From Octopus vulgaris (lineage: Eukaryota), in the NCBI GenBank assembly GCA_951406725.2, contig OX597835.1, positions 18,972,001-19,036,000 on the forward strand: 64,000 nucleotides of DNA, read 5' to 3'. Positions 53,546-64,000 of this stretch are shown here, piece after piece. Made by a program: the position numbers and the translations under genes. The notes beneath the pieces were generated by a model, which had not been told where the DNA came from, searched no databases, and saw only the letters and a program-made list of their open reading frames with translations. Position 1 is the first letter of the stretch. Every line of letters begins with the position of its first letter.

Positions 53546-54372
53546 GTATGGATATATATTGAGGAGTATTGATGTGTAAGCTATAACGTCTAAAATTATA
53601 TCCTTCAATAGTTTATAGCTCTAAGGAATCCATAAAATATCAGAAAACGGAAAGATAAATCCAGCCGAATGTAAACATTGTCCTAAAATAACTCCAGATG
53701 TCTTTGTTGATAACCTTCGACAGATCATGAATCACGAACATGTGATACCATGAAATTAATATATCAAATCGGATATAACACAGTCAAAATGTAGACAATT
53801 CGGTGTTACAGTCGATATATTCGTAGTTATTTTCCTCGTTTCGAGAAGATATCTAAATTTTTGGAATAAGACCAAGATTTTTTAGTTTGATATCGTCTGT
53901 TATTCTTTAATATGATACGCGATGCGAGTTTGAAATAAAATGGATTTAGTGTACGATGTAAGCTATCAGATAAATAGCGTATTCCGTTAGTATGGATAAA
54001 TGGGTCGAAGCCTGAAAAATGACAGAGTTGCAACTTGCAAAATTGCACGAATGTCTTCGTGTGTATATGTGCGCCTTTGTGTATCCATGTGTGTATATAC
54101 TTTATTCTGCTAAGGTAAGATGAACAAAAAGATGTACTCCATTCACTGAGAGATATATAGCATTTCAACAATATTCAATCGACTAATAGTTTCTTCCTGT
54201 TAAGTCACGTGTGTCAGCAGATTTTTATAAAATGAGTTGTATCTCCAAGCAATGTATACCGTCTGAGCACATGGTCTGTTCTATTTGAAAATACCCATAG
54301 ATATATATATATACACATATATGCGTGTGCAAACATGTACATAATTATATGTACGTATATCTATATATTTGT

Positions 54373-54449
<77 letters not shown>

Positions 54450-54912
54450 TATGTATATATGTATTTGAACATTTTTAACACCCTCCCACTTCCTCAATCC
54501 TCTCTCTTACCTCTTCTCTCCATGTTCCATCTTAACACTCCCCATAACACCATACGGTCTTCTATTTGCCCCTTATAATACGGTGAGCTCTCCACATTTC
54601 ATCATTCCATAATTGAACTCCTCTGCATTAAGATCTGAAGTGTAAGGTCTCTTGTACTCTCCTAATGGAGGCTCGGCTTATCCAATATTGATTGCTTCTA
54701 TTGCGGCTTCATATTGTGATGGACTATATCTACCACCATTATGGTGGATCTCAGAGCCCCCAGAAACAGCTATACCTATAACAATTCTCTAACACCTCTT
54801 TCGTTTTCTCTGCGTAATTATGCTGAAATATTCATCGTCTGAAATTTTCCACAATTTCGCTCTCTCTCATTTTGCATCTATAAATACCTACATCTACATA
54901 CATATATATATA

Positions 54913-56078
54913 CGAGGGGCGTTCAATAAGTAATGCCCCTGACCCACTTCCCAAAGCAGTAGAGCAACGAAACTTGGCACAGTTATTAGTCTTTTTCTAC
55001 ATAGGAACCACCCAGAGTTACGCATTTCTCCCATCGTTTGATGCAGCTCTGGAGACTGTTTTTGTAGAAGACACCAGCTTGATCCTCCAACCTGAACGTG
55101 ACTTCAGAAATCAAGGCTGCATCATCTGGGAAACAAGCGAGTTGTGGACCGGAGCGTTGCCCTGCAGGAGGAGGATGCCTTTGCTGATCTTGCCCCGCCT
55201 CTTGATTTTGATAGCTTCTCTTAATTTCCTCAAAAGTGAAGCATAATAGTCTCCTGCAATTGTGGTACCCTTTGCCAAGAAATCTGTCATCACTACTCCG
55301 TCCTGCTCCACGAAGACTGTGAGCATGACCTTGCCAGCGGAGGGCTGCACCCTTGCCTTCTTTGGAGGAGATGAGTCACGGTGCTTCCACTGCATTGACT
55401 GGGCTTTGGTCTCTGAATCATCGTGATGGACCCAGGTTTAATCCTGTGTAATCAGTCTTTTGAAAAATTTTGACTCATCTTCTTGGCACATCTCCAAATT
55501 CACCCTCGAGCACTCGACGCGTTCTTGATTCTGGAAAGGCGTGAGCAACATGGGAATCCATCTGGCAGACACCTTTTGCATATGCAAATGGTCATGAATG
55601 ATAGTTTCCACAGACCCGGTACTAATCTTGACCTTATGGGCTATTTGGCGAATAATTATGCGTCGATCTTCCAAAATAGCAGCCTCAACTTGACGGACAG
55701 ATGCCTCATGAATGGCCAAAGGCGGCGACCAGATCTGGGAGCTGTTTCCACAGAGTTCCGACCATGTTTCAATTCACGATGCCAGCGTTTTACAAGGTCA
55801 TATGATGGTGCATCATCACCATAAGTTACTTTCATTTCATCAAAAGTCTCCCGTGGTGTGCGTCATTTCAAATACAAAAACCGGATCACTGCTCGACACT
55901 CAACAGGCTCCAATTCACACTTGACTCGGTTCAAACACCTGTAAATCAGAAGCCACAATTAATTCAGAGCTGTAATTTGCCACTTACTCTATAGAGATGT
56001 AAATGATTGCACATGCAAACTTTCAGCTAGATCAAACAATTGCAAGTGGGTCAGAGGCATTACTTATTGAACGCCCTC

Positions 56079-56079
<1 letters not shown>
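54913..56079 (-). mobile_element. mariner transposon, both TIRs intact, defective transposase
   Basis: TIRs CGAGGGGCGTTCAATAAGTAATGCCCCTGACCCACTT / AAGTGGGTCAGAGGCATTACTTATTGAACGCCCTCG; TA on both sides. Confidence 0.95.
54986..55913 (-). pseudogene. mariner DDD transposase pseudogene
   Basis: RAVIRFLYLK*...PRSGR, WIPMLL (WVPHEL-like), ITQD, GNAPVH (second D lost), RWEKCVTLGGSYVEKD*; stop, frameshifts, YSPDLAPSD missing. Confidence 0.92.
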
Positions 56080-56143
<64 letters not shown>

Positions 56144-56216
56144 ATATTAGCGAATAAATCCAAACTTACAGGGAAAAATCAGATTTAGGATTGAGTCCAA
56201 TTTTAAAGTTAAATAT

Positions 56217-56495
56217 TATATTATATTAAATTATAGATAAAACCACTATTAGGCAAATCATGCAATGAAAAACTTAAGCCAATACATAAGATTAATTAAT
56301 TTATATTATTTAAATATATATCAAAATTATTAAAAAAGGTAATTAATATAACACTACGATCGTTAATTAATTATATTAATTATCTTTTTTAATAATTTTC
56401 ATATATATTTAAATAATATAAATTAATTAATCTTATGTATTGGCTTAAGTTTTTCATTGTATGATTTGCCTAATAGTGGTTTTATCTCTAATTTA

Positions 56496-56505
<10 letters not shown>
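56217..56505. repeat. AT-rich palindrome with ~135-bp arms
   Basis: 56217-56351 vs 56371-56505; loop contains ACTACGATCGTT. Confidence 0.9.
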
Positions 56506-56545
<40 letters not shown>

Positions 56546-56580
56546 TATTTACAGACACATATACATATACCTACATACAT

Positions 56581-56618
<38 letters not shown>

Positions 56619-56620
56619 CC

Positions 56621-56662
<42 letters not shown>

Positions 56663-57441
56663 CTTATGATAAGATCGAGATATGATAAGCCCCTAAGCAA
56701 TTTATTATCACTGACTCAGTTGCAATCTAGAAATTACAGTTAAATAAACAAATTAATATTATTATTATTATTATTATTATTACTATTATTATTATTTTAT
56801 TTTAATATCATAGTTACGTATATGTAGCATTTCCATTACGTGCTTGTGCGTGCGTGTGTTAATGTGTTGAAAGCTACCAGACGATGACGAATGAAATCTG
56901 CTTACTAATTACCATAGCTGAATATTACGTCATCGATCTTTGTGCACAATATATTAGGTTTACATAACAGAGTGAACATATACACACGCGCTTAATTAAG
57001 GAAGGCACTAGCGTTAACAAAACAAAATGAATAAAATTGATAAATATTAGGACCATTATTGAATTAAGATTATCAACTTATTTTAAAAAAACATATAAAT
57101 CACAAATTCCTAACATAATGCGATCTACAATATGTAATAATGTAAATTAGCAATAATGTCTAAAGAAATCGCATCGAAATATCGTTAAAGCTAACTGAGG
57201 GATATTTTGTTTTTCTTTCTTTTTTCAACAGATTACACACGCATGCGCACAAATGCATTAACAAATTTGCATTCATATATACATTAGTAATTGTATTTTA
57301 GATACGTTGGTTACTGTAAATGCACGTATCTGAGTCTATGAAAGGTCAAACAACATATAGGAATGTATTTTGTTTCTATCGAATTCTCACTCTGAAGAAA
57401 TACACAATTAACGATATACGATATATATGTATACATACATA

Positions 57442-57855
57442 GCGCAGGAGTGGCTGTGTGGTAAGTAGCTTGTTTACCAACCGCATGGTTCCTGGTTCAG
57501 TCCCACTGCGTGGCATCTTGGGCAAGTGTCTTCTGCTATAGCCTCGGGCCGACCAAAGCCTTGTGAGTGGATTTGGTAGACGGAAACTGAAAGAAGCCTG
57601 TCGTATATATGTATATGTATGTATATGTATGTGTGTGTTTGTGTGTCTATGTTTGTCCCCCTAGCATTGCTTGACAACCGATGCTGGTGTGTTTACGTCC
57701 CCGTTACTTAGCGGTTCGGCAAAAGAGACCGATAGAATAAGTACTGGGCTTACAAAAGAATAAGTCCCGGGGTCGATTTGCTCGACTAAAGGCGGTGCTC
57801 CAGCATGGCCGCAGTCAAATGACTGAAACAAGTAAAAGAGTAAAAGAGTAAAGAG
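57442..57855 (+). mobile_element. SINE family B, full length
   Basis: Near-identical to 38812-39244. Confidence 0.93.
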
Positions 57856-58127
57856 AGATATGGAAATTTAATTTAATTTCCTTTCATTTCATTTCACAAG
57901 TCAAAGTAATCCGGCATGGAAACAATTGTAGGTAAAACTGAGTTTGATATTGTTCACAATTGTAGTATGTCCTTATAAACTGATCTCTATATGTCAATTT
58001 CCCCGTCTACTTTTTTTCTCATACGTAAAAAATAGTACAACCATATCCATCAATGCAAAGAAAACATATCTGGTTTTTCAATGATACACTGGATAAAACC
58101 GAGGAACTTGGATGCTGACATACCTTT

Positions 58128-58520
<393 letters not shown>

Positions 58521-58530
58521 GTCACACTTG

Positions 58531-58581
<51 letters not shown>

Positions 58582-59059
58582 AAGTATCCGACCACATAGC
58601 AACGTATGACATGGATGACTAACCATGAACCTTTTTCTTTATTCTTTACTCTATTCTTTACATTTATCGTCTGTTATCTTTATTAATCACTTCCGAAATA
58701 TACACCTCAAACCTTGCCTAATTAAACTACTGACTCGCATATATACCAACATCATCATGATACGGATATCTGCGAAATGTATATCTTATACACATGGACA
58801 GCTTTATGTGGCCTGAGGAGGTTTCTTCTCGACTATTGAGTGCATTTGATTCCATTATATCCTTCTATACCCACTAGGGAGCAGGGCAGAATTAATCGAA
58901 ATCATCGTTGTCCTACATAAAGCTTCCACTACACTCTTTCTTCCATATATACATATGCATAATTTTGCCTATGTATATCTATAAATCTGTATACATATTT
59001 CTACATTCATCCATATCTATCAACCAATCTATCTATCTATCTATTTATTTTTATTTTTT

Positions 59060-59218
59060 TATTTTTTCTTCCCTTTTACGATCCCTCTTGATCGAAAACC
59101 TACGCCACCCCATTTTTTTTTGTTTCTTTTGTTTTTTGTTTTTTTCATCCCCCAAAAGAAAAGCTCTACCTTGTAACTTGTCCCATCTGTGTGCAGCCCT
59201 GTGTGGCCAATAAAGAAA
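59060..59218 (+). mobile_element. LINE-like 3' UTR fragment in a (TATC)n tract
   Basis: Ends TTGTCCCATCTGTGTGCAGCCCTGTGTGGCCAATAAAGAAA, similar to the young SINE C tail; clade uncertain (Tx1-like by inference). Confidence 0.5.
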
Positions 59219-59219
59219 C

Positions 59220-59293
<74 letters not shown>

Positions 59294-59436
59294 CTCTCTC
59301 TATCTATCTATCTATCTATCTCTCTATCTATCTATCCATCCATCCATCTATCTATCTATCTCTCTATCTATCTCTCTCTCTCTCTATCTATCTATCTATC
59401 CATCCATCCATCTATCTATCTATCTATCTATCTATC

Positions 59437-59487
<51 letters not shown>

Positions 59488-59500
59488 GTACGCACACATA
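59220..59500. repeat. (TATC)n/(CATC)n/(TA)n microsatellite
   Basis: Direct reading. Confidence 0.95.
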
Positions 59501-59740
59501 CACATACACATATACACATACACGCATACTGTATTGAAATGTGTATTTAATATTTCAATATAAAATGCCTGTCAGCGAAATGTGTATAATGAATAATAGA
59601 AGTCTAAAAATGGTATGTTTATTAATATGAACAAGGACGTTTCTATAACAATGATTCCCAACATGAGTCCGCGAAACCCTGGTTGCACTTAAACAGACAC
59701 ACACACTCATATATATATATATATAGATATATATATATAT

Positions 59741-59866
59741 ATGTAATCTTCAGGGATACAGGCATCCAGCAACAGGACCTCCTTAATTCCATGATGGACC
59801 GTGAAGTTTGGCGTAGCATGGTAAATTCCATTGTCTCGACCACGGTCGAACAATGATGATGATGAT
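59741..59866 (+). mobile_element. 5'-truncated RTE-type LINE 3' end
   Basis: IFRDTGIQQQDLLNSMMDREVWRSMVNSIVSTTVEQ* (DRxxWR motif) followed by a (TGA)n tail. Confidence 0.75.
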
Positions 59867-60536
59867 ACATACATACATACATACAAACATACATACATAA
59901 ATAAGGATAACATATTAAAATGGGACAATGGGAAAAACCGTTTAAATAAAAATTTTGGGAACTACTTTTGGGAACCATCTGTCTATAACAATGTAACTAA
60001 CTTTCAGTTAAGTCCAAAATTGTCGGTACAAATCTCATATACCACTCCCTCTACCTATGCCGGCATATAAACAAACACATACCAGATGAAAACTTATACA
60101 CACATACGCATACATAGGTACATACATTTATAGATACTGCAATTGACTGACATACATATATAATTGTGTGTGCGTATGTGTGGGAGAATGTATTTATCTG
60201 GAAATGAATTTCAAAACTCCATATAAAACAGCAATAATACAGCAACATAATAACAAATTTATAACAATATCTCGAAATATATTACAAAAAAAAAATGTAC
60301 GACAGGAAGGACATTCAAATATAAAATCATGAAGAAATAAATAGAACGAAAAACAGCGAGAGAAAAATTTCACAACTTTTAAGCAGATTTGCCAACGATG
60401 ATGATGAAAATTTTGGCAGGTATACTCTGGAGATATACCTTGTCATTTTCCACAATAGACGGGTTTGGTATGCTTCTACATGATACTCTATGTTATTGTA
60501 ATTGTAATTACTTTTACAAATACAAATAATTGTTCC

Positions 60537-60598
<62 letters not shown>

Positions 60599-60634
60599 TT
60601 GTTATTGTTATTTACAAATAAAAATATTTGTTCC

Positions 60635-60687
<53 letters not shown>

Positions 60688-60692
<5 letters not shown>

Positions 60693-60870
60693 CGGAGTAA
60701 ACACATAAATGTGAAACAAGGTGGAAAAAAGAGTACTCAAATACCAGTGGCAGAGTAATATGCTTTATTTAAAGCAACAGAAAATTCAACAAAACTGTCC
60801 GATGAACGGCAGCGGGAAACTCAGAGTAACAGGTTTTGTTGAATTTTCTGCTGCTTTAAATAAAGTATAT
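60688..60870 (+). mobile_element. short fold-back element whose loop is a hammerhead-like core
   Basis: Arms 60758-60798 / 60829-60870; loop CCGATGA-A-cggcagcgg-GAAA-CTCaGAG-TA; TA tracts on both sides. Confidence 0.7.
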
Positions 60871-61114
60871 ATATATATGTATATATAATTAATCAATATA
60901 GGTGGCAAAAAAAATTTGTAGAATTCTTTTGCCACCAGCGGCCTAGTAGGAAAAAATTAAAATAGTCATAGACCATTTTTAAGTTCAACATCAACAATAA
61001 AGGAACGGCCATAATAGGCCATTCACCCACTAGAAATAACAGCCAAAGCTTCAACCGCAAATAAAAGTTAATTCAGTAAACCAGGAGAAAATTTAAAAAA
61101 CATTTACTCTGTAA

Positions 61115-61219
61115 TTTCTTATACGATATACCGTTTCATCTGCTGATTAATGGTAAACTAACCTGATTAAATTAAATCAAGCCAATCTTCCACAGGCCCT
61201 CAGATTCTTCAGTAAGAAA
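61115..61219 (-). ncRNA. type I hammerhead ribozyme, canonical core
   Basis: Reverse complement of 61845-61949. Confidence 0.85.
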
Positions 61220-61844
61220 TAGCCCAAGACGGAACAGATATTTTCACGAGGCATTTCCGACGTTGCCAAGTTAATATCTGACCTAAATTTTTCAAATCGT
61301 CGCACTCGCGCCAAATTTATCGGCAGCAAATAAATATAAGCCGTCGATTCCATTACGGAATTAACCAGAAAATTCATAATTAATCAATATAGGGTGGCAA
61401 AAAAAATTTTGTAGAATTCTTTTGCCACCAGCGGCCTAGTAGGAAAAAATTAAAATAGTCATAGACCATTTTTAAGTTCAACATCAACAATAAAGGAACG
61501 GCCATAATAGGCCATTCACCCACTAGAAATAACAGCCAAGGCTTCAACCGCAAATAAAAGTTAATTCAGTAAACCAGGAGAAAATTTAAAAAACATTTAC
61601 CCTGTAATTTCTTATACGATATACCGTTTCATACTGGTGGCAAAAGAATCTACAAAATTTTTTTTGCCACCCTATATTGATTAATTATGAATTTTCTGGT
61701 TAATTCCGTAATGGAATCGACGGCTTATATTTATTTGCTGCCGATAAATTTGGCGCGAGTGCGACGATTTGAAAATTTTAGGTCAGATATTAACTTGGCA
61801 ACGTCGGAAATGCCTCGTGAAAATATCTGTTCCGTCTTGGGCTA

Positions 61845-61949
61845 TTTCTTACTGAAGAATCTGAGGGCCTGTGGAAGATTGGCTTGATTTAATTTAATCA
61901 GGTTAGTTTACCATTAATCAGCAGATGAAACGGTATATCGTATAAGAAA
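61845..61949 (+). ncRNA. type I hammerhead ribozyme, canonical core
   Basis: Stem I TTTCTTA/TAAGAAA (7/7), CTGAAGA 61852-61858, stem II ATCTG/CAGAT with structured insert, GAAA 61927-61930, stem III CGG-tata-TCG, GTA site (cleavage after 61942). Confidence 0.85.
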
Positions 61950-62116
61950 TTACAGAGTAAATGTTTTTAAATTTTCTCCTGGTTTACTGAATTAACTTTT
62001 ATTTGCGGTTGAAGCTTTGGCTGTTATTTCTAGTGGGTGAATGGCCTATTATGGCCGTTCCTTTATTGTTGATATATGTATATATATATATTTATGTCCG
62101 TATGTATATATATGTA

Positions 62117-62332
62117 TAAAGTTAATCCAAACCTGAAAACACAAAGAGAAAACACAACAACGCGAGGACGTGGAACAAATATAGTATTATTGGACGCTCG
62201 GGAAGGAAGGGAAGAAGGAAGGTTTAACGTTTCGAGCGGTGCTCTTCGTCAGAAACATAGGAAAAGGAAAGATCCAGAGAAAGGAAGACGGAGGGAAAAA
62301 TCGACAACGGTACACATGCGGTCACATTTTGA
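62117..62332 (-). mobile_element. HHR-bearing short element related to family H1
   Basis: Shares ACGCTC.GGAA...ACGTTTCGAGC..GCTCTTC..CAGAAA layout with H1; TA-rich flanks. Confidence 0.7.
62222..62256 (-). ncRNA. minimal hammerhead motif with canonical CUGACGA core
   Basis: GTTT-CTGACGA-A-GAGCaccGCTC-GAAA-C-GTT-AAAC; palindromic AACGTT stem III. Confidence 0.7.
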
Positions 62333-62972
62333 ATACATACACACACACACAAATATATATATACATATATATGTATAATATATAAGTGTCTATATATATG
62401 TATATATATATATATATACATAGTGAGAGAGAGAGACAGAGTGAGAGTGAGTGAGAGAGTTTAATGTACATAGTGTAGGTATAAAGCTATGAGCTAATTA
62501 TAATTTCATACACTACATATTTCATAAGATATTTACATAGGCAAATTTTAAAACAAACCTAGTGTCCCCGAGTATTGTTCTTACTCAAGGGACACAGCCT
62601 ATACACGTTGTAAATCAAGACGTTAAGACAAGAGAAAAGAGATGAACTTCAGTTCGCTTCTCACATATTAGTAGTGACAGTGTCTTTCAGGCGTATGTGG
62701 AAATAGGCAACAATGAGTTTTTCTCTAAGTTTATCAAGAACGTAAATATCACATTCATGGGGAATTCTGAATATAATGTTTTGATATAGACCTAATTTTA
62801 TAGCTGCTATTTCTAGAAATACTGGTACTGACTACTGCCCTAAGCCAATTTAGTGACATATATATTTCTGCCTTTTGGTTGTAAAATTGAGAATAAGCCA
62901 CCCATATTATTTATATGTAAATGCGTGTGTATGTGTGTGTGTGCACAGACACAGACACAAACACACGCACAC

Positions 62973-63047
<75 letters not shown>

Positions 63048-63739
63048 CATGTATATATATATATATCGGTTATAATAATGAGGAAGACAAACAATTAGGC
63101 GATGCTGGATTTGGTATCTAAAATTTAGAGAAAAACATGACAAAACTGATAAATTGGGAGACTCGGGCAGCTGTTTCTAGAATACCCTGACCATTGAATC
63201 GTCGTACTGTTTGAAGACTTTATAAACTGAGAAATGTATGAAGGAATGTATCATAGACAGTGGAAGGAAATCTTGCCTTTAATGATATTCATTGCGGTTC
63301 ATTATAGTTCATTATGTTCAGTAGAATAGGCGGGTACATTAAATACCTTTGAGTCACTTCTTCCTCAGGTATATCCTTAGGTAAATAATTAAATGAATTC
63401 ATTATTAAAAGACTGGTTAGGCAGTTGGAAATCATGTGTATACTGAGAGAATGAATAAGCGAAATGATCTAGAATGAGAGAGAAAAATAGATAGATAAAT
63501 ACAAGCATTATATTAAATCAATAATGTTCAGTATAGCAAAAATACAATCTTTTTACTACATATGAATCAATGGACAAACAGAGAGGTTGCTCTGTAAAAC
63601 GAGGTGTTTTATATATTGGGACTATTAGAGGGAGAGGATGGAGTTGGGCTAACAAATTGGCTTTCCCATCCAAAGAAGTAGTAGTGGAATCAGGTGTGAC
63701 AGAATGAAGGAGTGAATAGGGTTTTTGTTTAGTGCGAGC

Positions 63740-64000
63740 GAGGATTTCATGGAAAATATTTAAATGGATTATGAAGAGTAGAGTGGAATGTGCAAAGGAA
63801 GATGAAAAGGGTGGAAAAAACGAGAGGGAGAATGTTGTTGAGGGTGTGTATTTTCAAGAGATTAGAACTAATGGTGGCACGCAGAAGGCGGTAAGAAATA
63901 GTACGGAGTATTGGTAGGATGGGAGAAGCAGAGTGGAATGTGGGGTGAAAATAGAGGCGAAAATCTTTGGCGATGAGGAGGTGGTGTGGCAGCGACTGAA
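63740..64000 (-). mobile_element. possible decayed I/Jockey-type LINE ORF2 fragment
   Basis: Open frame running off the window: ...RLLRATISSNLLKIHTLNNILPL...HSTLHNPF resembles the post-RT region of I-group LINEs. Confidence 0.3.

Larger units (their letters stand above)
60885..62073. mobile_element. HHR-bearing ~492-bp unit: 1.5 tandem copies plus an inverted copy (Penelope-like terminal repeat / retrozyme-like)
   Basis: Unit 1 60885-61375, partial unit 2 61376-61632, inverted copy 61634-62073; copies almost identical; TA-rich flanks. Confidence 0.88.

Noticed and set aside
61687-61887. 66-aa ORF duplicated at 61177-61377
   Set aside because: Duplicated only because it lies in the repeat unit; no RT or endonuclease motif

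Overview
AT-rich, microsatellite-saturated eukaryotic DNA that is almost entirely non-coding. The repeat complement (three tRNA-headed SINE families, mariner relics, non-autonomous Helitrons, RTE/CR1/Tx1-like scraps) resembles an Octopus or other coleoid cephalopod genome (inference). Nearly all ORFs in the supplied track are microsatellite or SINE translations, and no intact host gene can be proven. A weak 3-4 exon minus-strand gene candidate (19045-26809) and a possible ALG3-like relic (~28175-28355) are noted. The most striking signal is a dense set of type I hammerhead-ribozyme (HHR) motifs in short non-coding elements that mostly sit in (TA)n tracts and form tandem and fold-back arrays. 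These include a ~492-bp unit with a fully canonical HHR on both strands (60885-62073), a 289-bp dimer bounded by predicted cleavage sites (11125-11704), a three-copy family with a shared non-canonical core, and hairpins whose junctions fall at the ribozyme core. This looks like a Penelope-like/retrozyme system. Also present: a SINE-mediated unequal-crossover duplication, a SINE that inserts into its own family, modular head/tail swapping among SINEs, and a decayed ~33-bp minisatellite. All calls were made by eye; no alignment or database search was run.
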